A DNA stretch of 64,000 nucleotides from Amphiscolops sp. MND2022 (GCA_964187785.1 OZ076409.1:48360001-48424000); one strand, 5' to 3'; shown: positions 1 to 13,923, counted from the first letter of the stretch. Notes: a model not told the origin generated them from the letters alone. Translations and numbers: made by a program.

Positions 1-3000
1 TCTAAATAATAGCAAATCGAAACCTAAAAGAAAATGCTACGGAAAATCGAAGCAGGCCAAACGAAAAAAAATCGACCCCTTAGGGTATCGAAAAAAAAAC
101 ATCTACAGCGGGAAATTTTCAAGATTTGAAAAGAAACATAACATCTACAATTATGGAAACAGGATTTGTTACTTTAAACAGGTAAAACTATGTAATGAAG
201 ATCTCTGACAATTAAAATTTCGAGCGAGTGATTAAGGGTGGTACAAAAACCTTGATAGGTCTGCATGAAACAAAAAGCAGAAAGACATAAGGAAAAGATG
301 AAAATGCTTCGAGTTAACATACTCAGTCAGTTGAGACTACCTACGACTGTAAACAGCAATACTGGGGCTTCCGACAAAATCCATCTCATCTTACGCAAAA
401 AGATCACCTTAAGTCTCATTTCGTTGTCAGAAATGAAACACTCTCATTTGATTTATAAACTCTGAAGTAAGTTTCCTATTATCCTCAATCAAAAATCAAT
501 TCTGAAAAAAGACCCGAAGTGAGTCAAGAACAATGGAAAACTTAACCTAAGTAACTCGAAATTTACTCGAAAGTAAACGATATTTACTCGAAATATGTGA
601 CTTTTCTGGAGACTTGGACTTACAATGGATTTTCACATTTGCATTACCACAAAATCGCTACATCAATTTAATTTTCAGACCTTTCATACCGGGTATCAGC
701 TCGACTGAGGAGCTTACTTTGAATCCACCTCGTGCACAGTCGTGTTATCAACGCCGAAAGCGAAACGCTCGAACACGGAAAACGAGCTCAGTTTAGAGAA
801 AAAGAAGTTGACTCGAAAAAGGTGAAACCAATGGAAAGGGGGCTTCTAGCCAGAAAACAGACGAAATCGAAATCTTGCAAAATCTTTCAATTTGAAAAAA
901 AAACTACCCATGTACAGGACAAAGTTAGGGCGAAAACACTTTAAAGTTTAGAAAAATGTCGAAGTCCGAAATTTAAACATTTATTGTCTACAAAGTCTCA
1001 ATATCAATTCTAACTTTCAATCTGTTTCCGAATTACCAGTTCCAAAGCAATTTCATTTGAAACTGTTCGACTCTACAAATGGAAGCTTATTTGACAAGGG
1101 AACTTTCAGAAAGTATCTTTATTACTGAAACTTCCGACAATTACGCCGGGAAGCTCTCCAGAAATAACTGGCTGAAACAAAATAGTTCACACTCAAGGAA
1201 CAAATGATTCAACTCCCACCTAAATTGTAAAACTAAAGACCTAGTCTATTGAAATCTTCACAGAAAGTTTTCATCTGGTTCAACAAGATGATGCCATATG
1301 AATGAATAAACACGTGTCCATCTCAACTCAAAAAACACAAACAAAAACGACTCTATATGTACAAAACAAGAGACAAGTCACTCAAATGCAACCTTGGAAA
1401 ACTGAAAAAAAATGTATTATTCAAAATCGCTGCAGTTGGTTCTCAAGGGCGAGACGGAAAGCAAGTTGCTTGCTCTTATAGGTTAGAACTTGTAAACATC
1501 ATTATCTGATCATCAAATACCCAATACCGAATTGGTATCGAAAATTCATTCTACTCCATTTGTTTAGTTTAAAATAACCTGAGAAACTGTACTTTAAGGA
1601 TGTAAACTTACACTTACCTGATGAAGCTGACATGTGATCAATGTAGGAAAAAGACGAAACGAAGTTGGAGTTGAACAAACTGATCAAACACAGGTTTCTG
1701 GTAAACTTTCGCCCTCGACACATGTATACTGCACGGATATGAAAATTTTCTGTATGAGTGGACGCACACCGATCAAAACATTTTTTTTTGAACGTTGCAC
1801 CTGGGAATGATAAAAAGAAACTTGGGGCCGTTTTCTTGGTCTCCAAATACTAGCAAGCCAAAAAATAGAAAACGCAACGGATAATCAAAACAGGCAGAAC
1901 GAGATGAAATCGACCCATTATGGTATCAAAAAAACATACAGCGGGAAATTTTGAAGATTTGAACAGAAATATGACTTCCACGATAATGGAAAACAGGATG
2001 TTACTGTAAATAGGGAAAACCACGTAATGAAGACCTCAGAATCAAAATTTTGAGCGAGTGATCAGGCGTTAAACAAAAACTTCACTAGTTTCGCGTGGAA
2101 CGAAATGCAGAAAGATTTCAAAATACGATTGCTTCGATTGAAATTAAACAGTCGGTTCAGAAAACCAACGACTGAAAAACAGCAATACTGAGGATATCGA
2201 AATATTCCGTCTCATCTTACGAAAAAGATCACCTTAAATCTCTCAATTCGTTGTCAGAAAGTCAGAAATGAAACACTATAATTTGATTTATAAACTCTGA
2301 GTGGCATTTGCATTACCACAAAATCGCTACATCAATTTAATTTTCGGACCTTTCATACCGGGTATCAGCTCGACTCAGGAGCTTACTTTGAATCCACCTC
2401 GTGCACAGTCGAGTTATCAACGCCGAAAGCGAAACGCTCGAACACGGAAAACGAGCTCAGTTTAGAGAGAAAGAAGTGACTCGAAAAAGGTGAAATCAAT
2501 GAAAAAGGTGCGGCAAGATAGTTTGAATCAATTGGTCAGCTTTCAAACGAACTTAACAAAACAGTTATTGGGATGGAAAACCGACAACGCACTTCACCAA
2601 GTGCACAATTGCAACGTTCGAGCCTGTATAACTGATCCAAACTGTATCCGCTTCTCTCACGATGCATGATGGCAAGCCTTGCAGTCTTATTCTGTACGAT
2701 GAGCGGTACTATACAGGCACGAACTCGAAAACAAGAGAATGATTTTTCAAAAGAAGTGCTAAAAATAGATCTACTGGATATATTAAGCAGAAACAAAAAG
2801 ACTCCTTGGTGGCTTATAGCCAGAATACAGATGAAATCGAAATCTTGCAAAATCTTTCAATTTTAAAAAACATTTAGCCAAGTACAGGAAGAAGTTAGGG
2901 CGAAAACACTTTAAAGTTTAGAAAAATGTCGAAGTCCGAAATTTAAACATTTATCGTCCATTTTCGAACCACTTTTTCTTCATATCAGAAGCAAAACATG

Positions 3001-6000
3001 AGGATACACCAAAAGTATTCAACATTCATTGTCTCAAACAAAGAGGAAAAAAATTCAAGTCTCAATATCAATTCTAACTTTCAATCTGTTTCCGAATTAC
3101 CAGTTCCAAAGCAATCTCATTTAAAACGGTTCGACTCGACGAATGGAAGCTTATTTGACGAGAAAATTTTCAGTTTTCTAGATGTATCTCGATTACTGAA
3201 ACTTCCGACAATTACGCTAAGAATCTCTCAGAAATAGCTAACTGAAACAAAGTCCATTGAAATCTTCACGGAAAGCATTCATCTGGTTCAACAAGGTGAT
3301 GCCATATGAATGAATAAACACGAGTCCATCTCAACTCAAAAAACACACAAAAACGACTCTATTGTACAAGACAACAAGAGACAAGTCACTCATATGCAAC
3401 CTTGGAAAACTGGAAACAATGTATTATTCAAAATCGCTGCAGTTGGTTCTCAAGGGCGAGACGAAAAGCAGGTTGCTTGCTCTTATAAATTAAAACTTGT
3501 AAACATCTTCATCTGATCATCAAATACCCAATACCGAATTATTATCGAAAAATTAATTCTACTCCATTTGCTTGGTTTGAAATAACCTGAGAGAAACTGT
3601 ACTTTAAGGATGTAAACTTACACTTACCTGATGAAGCTGACATGTGATCAATGTAGGAAAAAGACGAAACGAAGTTGGAGTTGAACAGACTGATCGAACA
3701 CAGGTTTCTGGTAAACTTTCGCCCCCGACACATGTATATTGCAAAGATATGAAAAAAATTTTCTGAATGAGTGGACGCACATCAATTAGAACATTCTTTT
3801 TGAAAGGTGCACCTGGAAAAGATAGAAAGAAACTTGGGGCCGTTTTCTTGGTCTCCAAATAGTAGCAAGCCAAAAAAACAGAAAATGCAACGAAAATCAA
3901 AACAGGCAAAACGATATGAAATCGACCCATTATGGTATCAAAAAAAAACATACAGCGGGAAATTTTGAAGATTTGAACAGAAATATGACTTCCACGATAA
4001 TGGAAAACAGGATGTTACTTAAATAGGGAAAACCACGTAAACCACCTCAGAATCAAAATTTTGAGCGAGTGATCAGGCGTTAAACAAAAACTTCACTAGT
4101 TTCGCGTGGAACGAAATGCAGAAAGATTTCAAGATACGATTGCTTCGATTGAACTTAAGCAGTCGGTTCAGAATACCAACGACTGAAAAACAGCAAAACT
4201 GAGGATGTCGAAATATTCCGTCTCATCTTACGCAACGATATCACCGGAAGTCTCTCAATTTGTTGTCAGAAAGAAAACACTTTCATTTGGATCATAGACT
4301 CCGAAGTAAATATCCTATAATCCTCAATGATAAAAATAAATCTGAAAAAAAAACAGGACTCGAAGTGAGTCAAGGACAATGGAGAACTTAGCCTAATTAA
4401 CTCTCGATCTTTACTCGAAACACGTGATTAACTTTTCTGGAGACTTGGACTTACTGTGAATTTTCACTCACTGACATTTTCATTACCACAAAATTGCTGC
4501 ATAAATTTAATTTTTGCTCCTTCCAATGAATACAGAGTATCAACTCGACTCCGGAGCTTACTTTGAGTCCACCTCGTGCACAGTCGAGATATCAACGCCG
4601 AAGGGAAACACTCGAACATGGAAAACGAGCTGAGTTTAGAGGAAAAGAAGTGACCCGAAAAAAAGCAAAACCAATGACAAATGTGCGGCAAGATAGTTTA
4701 GATCCAAGGATCAGCTTTCTAAACGAGGAACTTAACAAAACAATTAATGGGATGCAAAACCGACAACGCACTGCACCAATTGCAACGTTCAAGCCTGTAT
4801 AACTGATCCAAACTGTATCCGCTTCTCTCACGATGCATGATGGCAAGCCTTGCAGTCTTATTCTGTACGATGAGCGGTGCTTTACAGACACGAACTCCAA
4901 AATCAAGAGAATGATTTTTCAAATGAATTGCTAAACAGATCTACTGGATATGTAAGGCAAAAAGTAAAAGACTCATTGGTTGCCGATAGCTAGGATACAG
5001 ATGATATCGAAATCTTGAAAAAACGACTATCTTTCCAGATAAATAAAACATCTAACGAAGTACAGGAAGAAGTTAGAGGCGAAAGCATTCTAAAGTTTCG
5101 AAAAATGCCAAAATCACAAATTAAAATATTAATCGTCAATTTTCAAACCACTTTTCCTTGATATCAAAAGCAAAACACGAAACACGGGGGTACACACATG
5201 AATTCAACATTTATTGTCTCAAAAAATGAGGAAAAGTAGAAAGTCTCAATATCAATCCTAATTTTGAATCTGTTTTCGAATTACCAGTTCCAAAGCAATT
5301 TCATTAAAAACTGTTCTACTCTACAAATGGAAGCTCATTTGACGAGGAAATTTTCAGTTTTCTAGATGTATCTCGATTACTGAAACTTCCGACAATTACG
5401 CTAAGAATCTCTCAGAAATAACTAACTGAAACAAAGTCCATTGAAATCTTCACGGAAAGCATTCATCTGGTTCAACAAGATGATGCCATATGAATGAATA
5501 AACACGAGTCCATCTCAACTCAAAAAACACAAACAAAAACGACTACTGTACAAGACAACAAGAGACAAGTCACTCAAATGCAACCTTGGAAAACTGGAAA
5601 CAATGTATTATTCAAAATCGCTGCAGTTGGTTCTCAAGGGCGAGACGAAAAGCAGGTTGCTTGCTCTTATAAATTAAAACTTGCAAACATCTTCATCTGA
5701 TCATCAAATACCCAATACCGAATTATTATCGAAAAATTAATTCTACTCCATTTGTTTGGTTTGAAATAACCTGAGAGAAACTGTACTTTAAGGATGTATA
5801 CTTACACTTACCTGATGAAGCTGACATGTGATCAATGTAGGAAAAAGACGAAATGAAGTTGGAGTTGAACAGACTGATCGAACACAGGTTTCTGGTAAAC
5901 TTTCGCCCCCGACACATGTATATTGCAAAGATATGAAAAAAATTCTGAATGAGTGGACGCACATCAATTAGAACATTCTTTTTGAAAGGTGCACCTGGAA

Positions 6001-9000
6001 AAGATAGAAAGAAACTTGGGGCCGTTTTCTTGGTCTCCAAATAGTAGCAAGCCAAAAAAAAAAACAGAAAAGGCAACGAAAATCAAAACAGGCAAAACGA
6101 GATCGACCCATTATGGTATCAAAAAAACATACAGCGGGAAATTTTGAAGATTTGAAAAGAAATATGATTTCCACGATAATGGAAAACAGGATGTTACTTT
6201 AAATAGGGAAAACCACGTAATGAAGACCTCAGAATCAAAATTTTGAGCGAGTGATCAGGCGTTAAACAAAAACTTCACTAGTTTCGCGTGGAACGAAATG
6301 CAGAAAGATTTCAAGATACGATTGCTTCGATTGAACTTAAACAGTCGGTTCAGAATACCAACGACTGAAAAACAGCAATACTGAGGATGTCGAAATATTC
6401 CGTCTCATCTTACGCAAAGATATCACCGGAAGTCTCTCAATTTGTTGTCAGAAAGAAAACACTTTCATTTGGATCATAGACTCCGAAGTAAATATCCTAT
6501 AATCCTCAATGATAAGAAAAAAAAATCTGAAAAAAAACAGGACTCGAAGTGAGTCAAGGACAATGGAGAACTTAGCCTAATTAACTCTCGATCTTTACTC
6601 GAAACGTGATTAACTTTTCTGGAGACTTGGACTTACCGTGAATTTCCACTCACTGACATTTTCATTACCACAAAATTGCTGCATAAATTTAATTTTTGCT
6701 CCTTCCAATGAATACAGGGTATCAACTCCACTCAGGAGCTTACTTTGAGTCCACCTCGTGCACAGTCGAAATATCAACGCCGAAGCGAAACACTCGAACA
6801 TGGAAAACGAGCTGAGTTTAGAGGAAAAGAAGTGACCCGAAAAAAAGCAAAACCAATGACAAATGTGCGGCAAGATAGTTTAGATCCAAGGGTCAGCTTT
6901 CTAAACGAGGAACTTAACAAAACAATTATTGGGATGCAAAACCGACAACGCACTGCACCAATTGCAACGTTCAACCCTGTATAACTGCTCCAAACTGCAT
7001 CCGCTTCTTTCGCAATGCATGATTGCAAGCCTCGCAGTGTTATTCTGTCTGATGAGTGGTGCTTTACAGACACGAACTCCAAAATCAAGAGAATGATTTT
7101 TAAAATGAATTGCTAAACAGATCTACTGGATATGTAAGGCAAAAAGTAAAAGACTCATTGGTTGCCGATAGCTAGGATACAGATGATATCGAAATCTTGA
7201 AAAAACGACTATCTTTCCAGTTAAATAAAACATCTAACGAAGTACAGGAAGAAGTTAGAGGCGAAAGCATTCTAAAGTTTCGAAAAATGCCAAAATCACA
7301 AATTAAAATATTAATTGTCAATTTTCAAACCACTTTTCCTTGATATCAAAAGTAAAACACGAAACACGAGGGTACACACATGAATTCAACATTTATTGTC
7401 TCAAAAAATGAGGAAAAGTAGAAAGTCTCAATATCAATCCTATTTTTGAATCTGTTTTCGAATTACCAGTTCTAAAGCAATTTCATTAAAAACTGTTCGA
7501 CTCTACAAATCCGTCTCAACTCAAAAAACACAAACAAAAACGACTCTATTGTACAAGACAACAAGAGACAAGTCACTCAAATGCAACCTTGGAAAACTGG
7601 AAACAATGTATTATTCAAAATCGCTGCAGTTGGTTCTCAAGGGCGAGACGAAAAGCAGGTTGCTTGCTCTTATAAATTAAAACTTGTAAACATCTTCATC
7701 TGATCATCAAATACCCAATACCGAATTAATATCGAAAAATTAATTCTACTCCATTTGTTTGGTTTGAAATAACCTGAGAGAAACTGTACTTTAAGGATGT
7801 AAACTTACACTTACCTGATGAAGCTGACATGTGATCAATGTAGGAAAAAGACGAAACGAAGTTGGAGTTGAACAGACTGATCGAACACAGGTTTCTGGTA
7901 AACTTTCGCCCCCGACACATGTATATTGCAAAGATATGAAAAAAGTTTCTGAATGAGTGGACGCACATCAATTAGAACATTCTTTTTGAAAGGTGCGCCT
8001 GGAAATGATAGAAAGAAACTTGGGGCCGTTTTCTTGGTCTCCAAATAGTAGCAAGCCAAAAAAAAACAGAAGACGCAACGGAAAATCAAAACAGGCAAAA
8101 CGAGATGAAATCGACCCATTATGGTATAAAAAAAAAACACATTTAGCGGGAAATTTTTAAGATTTAAATAGAAATATGACTTCCACAATAATGGAAAATA
8201 GAATGTTACTTTAACTAGGGAAAACCACGAAATGAAGACCTCAGGATCAGAATTTTGAGCGAGTGATCAGGCGTTAAACAAAAACGTTACTAGTTCCGCG
8301 TGGAACGAAATGCAGAAAGATTTTTAAAAGATAAAAATGCTTCGAGTGAACCTAAACAGTCGGTTCAGACTACCTACGACTGAAAAACAGCAATACTGAG
8401 GTTTTCGACACATTCAGTCTCATCTTACGCAAACATATCACCGGAAGTCTCTCAATTTGTTGTCAGAAAGAAAGACACTTTCATTTGGATCATAGACTCG
8501 GAAGTAAATATCCTATAATACTCAATAAAAAGAACGTAAGTAAATCTGAAAAAAAAACAGGACTCGGAGTGAGTCAAGGACAATGGAAAATTTAACCTAA
8601 TTAACTCTCGATCTTTACTCGAAACACATGACTAACTTTTCTGGCGACTTGGGTTTTCTTTGAATATTCATCCACTGGCATTCCAAGAAAACTGCTAAAT
8701 AAATTTATTTTCGCTCATTCCAATGAATACTGGATATCAACTTGACTTATAACTTCTCCAAACTGAATTCCGCATCTTTCACCATGCATGATTGCAAACC
8801 TCAAAAAGTTTTTCTGCAGCTAAAAACCAAGCCTGCAAGGAAAGAAAAAGAAACTTAAATAGTCGAGTGGTACTTTGAACGCTTACTTAAAACACAGTCG
8901 GATGAGTGGTACTTTACAGACACGATCTCGAAAACAAGATATTGATTTTGAAATGAATTTAAAAAAATAGATATACTGGATATAATACGCAAAAACTGAA

Positions 9001-9320
9001 AGACTTCTTGGGAGGCTTATAGGTAGCAGACAGATGATATCGGAAACTTGCAAAAACGACTATCTTTCAAGTTAAATAAAACATCTAGCGTAGGAACGGG
9101 TACAGGACGAGGTTACAGTCAAAAAGTTTCAAAAAAACGTTTAGGAAAGTGTCAAAATCTCAAATTCAAACATTTATCGCCAACTTCCAAACCAATTTTT
9201 GAGTGTACACCAAAAGAATTCTCAACAATAAATATGTCTCAAACCAAACTGAAAAGTAAAAATTCTCCATCTCAATCCTTATTTCGAATGTGTTTTCAAA
9301 TTCCCAATGAACAACTAAAA
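1..9320. repeat. Tandem array of ~1.8-2.2 kb units, about 5 copies (starts before the window; last copy degenerate)
   Basis: The anchor GAGCGAGTGAT recurs at ~222, 2052, 4063, 6245 and 8257 (spacings ~1830, 2011, 2182, 2012). The same short ORF-track peptides recur in each unit (MCRGRKFTRNLC..., MNKHESISTQK..., PPRAQS.YQRR). Copies 3 and 4 are nearly identical apart from a deletion at ~7510. Confidence 0.95.
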
Positions 9321-9889
9321 CCTATCTAAGAATAGCAAAATGATCTCAGTGGAACCTGATATAATAATTCCGTTTTGAATGAAACCTCAGACTTTCTCAA
9401 ACGACTGTGGAAAATTCGAAGGGAAATGGAATCTCCAACTTATTGTTTGAGTTCGCTTTAAACTTTCTGTCTTGAGAAAAACTCAATTGAGTCGTCGAAA
9501 CGTGGTACTACTTTCAGATTTCCAACAAGGGAAAATCTTAAGTATGCTGGAGAATGCAACTGAAATCGGTCGAAGAAATAACTTTGTCAAAAACGTTGTC
9601 ACAAAACAGGACATTCACACATGCTGAGGGTTCAAAAAATCCCATGGAAGCAAAAACGACATCAACCACGCCCAGATACAATTCGCAGTCCATCCATAAC
9701 TTGCGTAGTGAACTGAATTCGAGTACATCCGAGGATACTCTGCATGGATTTCTGTACGAAAAAATTCAATGAAAAGCGAAAGAAAACAAAATCGAACAAG
9801 CATGGGATTTCATGCCAAGACAAACTTGGGCAAAAGATCTACAAAAATACAAGCATCAGATTCTAGACTAAAAAAATTCTCAGACGGGA

Positions 9890-10340
9890 AACGTTTTCTA
9901 CTAGTTTGTGCCAAATTTCGAAAAATTTACGGCGAGTATACGTTTACTACGATGTCATGATTTGGGCGAGAATTGGATACAACAGTACAACTGATCTGCA
10001 ATTCTGCTGTTGTACAATGAACTATACTACCAGAAGGTCATTCGACAGTTACATGCCATTCTATCGACAATATTTTATTCTGATGGAAGACAATGCATAT
10101 GTATCAGCACTTTGAAGAAGCTTCCTGGTAATTTTTTGCACCCCACTAGATTGCGATCCGACAAAAAAATGTCAGACATTGCTAGCCAAAAAGATTGACA
10201 TTGGAGGAAGAAGACATGATGATACTGACTTAGTAAAAGCGATAGAAGATACCATATCGACCTTGACAGAAAACTTTTGAATTCCCAATTGACTCATCGA
10301 AGTTGTGGCATCAAAAGGAGGGCACATTTTGAAGTAGTAA
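9890..10340 (+). mobile_element. Degenerate Tc1/mariner transposase, C-terminal part
   Basis: Frameshifted pieces VMIWARIG...FILMEDNA...VVASKGGHILK* resemble the Tc1 motifs VMVWG, FQQDNA and VI..KGG.TKY. No TIRs were identified. Confidence 0.6.
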
Positions 10341-11190
10341 AAAGGCGAACTGTTTAACTTCGGGCTATTCTAAGTCTATGGACTCTTAGTTCCATTTCCA
10401 CATACGTTTGATTGCGCTAGTGACTGCTGTATGTTATTCATAATGATTAATGATGACTTATAAAAGTTCTACGATTCTAGTGTTCATAGGCCATTTCAAT
10501 TACAATTCATGAAATACCAGTCGAAAATTTGGTTTTCCACAAAAAAGAAGTTTTCACATACGTGAGACAAACTTTAGTTCTTTAAATAACTGAGTTTTGA
10601 GACACTAATTTTTGAAAAATGACTTTTAGCATTAGGAAATTTTAGGTATTCTGATGCAAAAAAAAACTACCGAAACGTATTCGATGTCATACTCCTCCGG
10701 AAATGTTTCTCAACTTTGAAAGGGAAATACTCATGATAAAGACTTTTTGCATTCACTTTTTAGAAAACTGAGCAAAATATTAATTAGCTAAAAGCCAAAA
10801 TTTGCCCTACTACTATTATGATCTCTTAGATATATCAGAACCGGTAAGTGCAAAGTTTGCAAATTTGTGGAATATTGTGCCCATGTTAGCATTATCTACC
10901 CATGACTACCAGACTCAAAAATAGTTCAACGGCAGTACCCAGAAAAAAAGCCTGAACTACACCACGCATTGAGAAAAACAACATTTTCCCCCAAATAACA
11001 TGACGCGGGAACAAAAGTATGCAGCGAGAACAGGCATCACGTACCATCATCGTTCTCATCCTGAACGGAGAATATAACTTAGATTTTTAGATGCAGAGAA
11101 AAATTTCAAAGCCTAACATTCGGCGAAATATTTGTTCATAGTTTACATGCGCAAAAAAAGTACTCAAAAAGCAAGAAAAAACTAGCTAAC

Positions 11191-11480
11191 CTGGACATAA
11201 TTATTCTGGATTGCTTGATCTCCAACCATTCCTTTGGGATATATATGACTAGCCCATCGAACTCCACCGAACTCAAAAATGGGACTTTCTAGCTTCTCAT
11301 CTTGCAAACAGACAGAAAAATTTTCAATAGACCACAGAACAGAATGACACTTCACACTCCGCTTCGAAACGTAATGTTCATTGGCTTCCAAGGAATGACA
11401 ACGTTTGAGACTGCACGACTGACCGGTACAGCTCACCTTGTCATCCACGCTGACTACTTTCATCGCAGTCATGGGGAGAT
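11191..11480 (-). CDS. Internal exon of a MATH-domain protein (SPOP-like N-terminal MATH)
   Basis: HSVLWSIENFSVCLQDEKLESPIFEFGGVRWASHIYPKG fits the MATH pattern W.I.NFS...S..F......W....PKG. The exon is bounded by a tttttttcag acceptor (11481-82) and a CAG|gttag donor (11189-90). Other exons were not securely found. Confidence 0.75.
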
Positions 11481-11999
11481 CTGAAAAAAACATACATACA
11501 ACACATTCAGGGTACTGCACTCAAAAGTGATAACGAGTAAGAGACAACTTTTCAGAGACCAGAGATGAAACGAATTTTAGATATATCATATCATTCATCA
11601 TAGTTTTTCTTACATTATATCAAATAACAGAATAATCAAGCATAAGCACTAAAGTAGTAGTAGGAAGCCGCGATGGCCGAAAGTTAGTAATCGGCATTTC
11701 GATTTATTATTCGATCGCAATGGAAGCTGACCAAATATTAGTTTATGGAAATGGTTCAATTAACCGACAATTATTTGGAGTGTATTTTAACGTGTGTTTA
11801 CTAAACGTGTAGTACAAAACCATTTGACGCCTGCACTTTCTACTCACATTGTTCGCCGATTTTGTTCACACTTTTTACATTCCCATTTCAGTTCCTGAAG
11901 ATTTCGGAACAAAAAACTGTCCAAATGGCAGTGAAAAGCAAATCAAAATGAATTGATGTTGATAAATTACGTGAAAACACTATATTATTTTAAGGGGAT

Positions 12000-12705
12000 A
12001 GCTGATAGCTAACCATACAATAAGTGTAAATGACTTATGCAAGCATAAGTAGTTTTCTCAAAATTTCACAAACAATTTTGAAAAAAAGGACACAAGCTTA
12101 TTTGAAGCGGAAATCACTGTTATTGGGGCTTATCCCCGTACTTTATTTCCGTTTACGGAGTATTTGGATGATGTTTGATCTACTTTTTTTAAAACGTGAA
12201 ATCAGAATTGGATCGTCATCAATCAGCGTTTTTTTTGAAAAAACGCTTCTTTATTCATCATGTGCCCCCAGCCCGGGCGACAGACAAAAAAACTCCAACC
12301 AAGATACGAAACAAAAAGAATTGAGAAACGAGATCATGCAACCTGAGAGTTCAATGGATCGAGGACATTTCAATTCAGACTCACTGAAACTCGTGAAAAG
12401 GTATCAATTATGAAGCAAAGAACACATAAATTTCTAGATTAAACAAAACGGTCATTGAACACAGATTTACAAGTAGTAAAGTTCGCTTAAGTGGTCTTGG
12501 TCCCGAACCGTTCCAACTACAGCTGATAGCTAACCATACAATAAAAGTAAATGACTTATGCAAGCATAAGTAGTTTTCTCAAAAGTTCACAAACAGTTTT
12601 GAAAAATAGGACACAAGCTTATTTGAAGCGGAAATCACTGTTATTGGGGCTTATCCCCGTACTTTATTTCCGTTTACGGAGTATTTGGATGATGTTTGAT
12701 CTACT
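12000..12705 (+). repeat. 185-bp direct repeat pair (12000-12184 and 12521-12705)
   Basis: Near-identical agctgatagctaaccatacaat...gatgtttgatctact, separated by ~336 bp. Confidence 0.9.
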
Positions 12706-12777
12706 AGATCTGTATTTTAGAACTTATTCCCCAAATACAATGTATTTCAGTTAGACACCTTTTTGGACCTCGGAAGT

Positions 12778-13126
12778 GGATGGGCGGAAGTAGGTCGAAG
12801 GAACGGGATCGAAAATCAGAGTTAGTCCTGAGGTAGACATACCAAATTTTTGTATGGGATCGAAACAACTCGGATCGAAATTTTTATAATGTAGTCAGAT
12901 ATGTTCACATACCCTTAGTGCCCTGAATGCAGGAGCGAAGCGAAGCGGAGCGACGTGCCATATGGCCATGGCTCAATGTTGCTACTTGGCGAAGGGAGCG
13001 AAGCGACCGAGTCATAAGACAAATACGATAAAATTCGACCGCATTCCATTCGATCCCCGCAATTCGATCAAAAGGTTCGACAACTGTCCTTTCGACCAGA
13101 AAAATTCGACCTATTTACAGCCAGCC
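12778..13126 (+). mobile_element. 349-bp MITE (shell 1, core B), 9-bp TSD, Mutator/foldback-like
   Basis: TSD CTCGGAAGT at 12769-77 and 13127-35. Imperfect TIRs (GG.TGG.C.G.AA.TAGGTCGAA) rich in TCGAA. Same length and sequence family as 48279-48627. Confidence 0.9.
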
Positions 13127-13289
13127 CTCGGAAGTATGTAGGAGGTAGCAGGAATGTATGTTAGGAACCTAGGATTCGTTTTTACAGGCTTGTGGGGCGT
13201 GTCCGGACTTTGAGAGTGCCGGCACGTCGCCTCGGAGCTCTAACTAGAGAAGCCTCCTTAGACGATAGAAAAGTCAGCTACGTGGAATC

Positions 13290-13742
13290 AGGTCTAATGA
13301 AATAGATCTAAGAGAGGGAGCAAAACTGAGATCTAAATAAAGTGATCTAAATAATCAGGTATAAAAATCTCTTCTAATTTGATCTAATTTGAGAAAAAAA
13401 ATGAGTGAATTAGGATCTAAAACTAAAAAGTGATATAAAGTATATAACATGCCTCGGATATGTCTCCATTTCCTCTAGAGCCCCGCGGCCCCTTGGGGCC
13501 GCTTATATTCCCATCTTGCCAAGCGAGGTCGAACAGGAGCAAAGACCTAGCGGGAACGGAGATCGTAGTGGGAGCTGGTCTTTGCGACGGTGAGGGCGAG
13601 CGTGCATACATCGCATATGCCCCACATTATATTTTCGCTTTCAGAACGCATATTAGATCATAAAGGGGTTAGACCTAAGTATTTTAGATGAAATTAGATC
13701 TGAAAGTTAGATCTAACAGTTAGATCTAATTCCACTAGACCC
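13290..13742 (+). mobile_element. Foldback-type MITE (GATCTAA-repeat shell, core A)
   Basis: The left arm has GATCTAA repeats and the right arm TTAGATC repeats. Ends are GGTCTAATGAAATAGATCTAA / TTAGATCTAATTCCACTAGACC. GC-rich core A lies at ~13449-13630. No clean TSD. Confidence 0.7.
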
Positions 13743-13923
13743 AAGCAATTATATCAAAGGCGTACACTCCATAAAAGTCCCCCTTGGAGACCATTTTGTG
13801 ATCAAAAACTAGTACCTAGGGATGTAGTAAGACAACGGTCTCCTGCTCAAGCAATTAGGCATTGTCCTTCTTCCTAGATGTGCGTCGCTAGCCGGTCGTT
13901 ACATCTACTTGGGTGGTAACTAC

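Noticed and set aside
1-9320. Array as CRISPR, rDNA/5S or histone cluster
   Set aside because: Units are ~2 kb with no short repeat-spacer structure, and no rRNA, 5S or histone sequence was recognised.
265-9329. Numerous 60-117 aa ORFs in the tandem array as protein genes
   Set aside because: Frames, starts and stops differ between copies, many starts are TTG/GTG, and no domain is recognisable.
13474-13502. True Helitron 3' end (hairpin + CTAG)
   Set aside because: Homology between copies continues past the CTAG, and the module is enclosed in TIR elements. Kept only as a hypothesis for the origin of core A.
13743-13858. Small insertion flanked by CAAGCAATTA 10-mers
   Set aside because: No TIRs or second copy seen; may be chance or a decayed flank.
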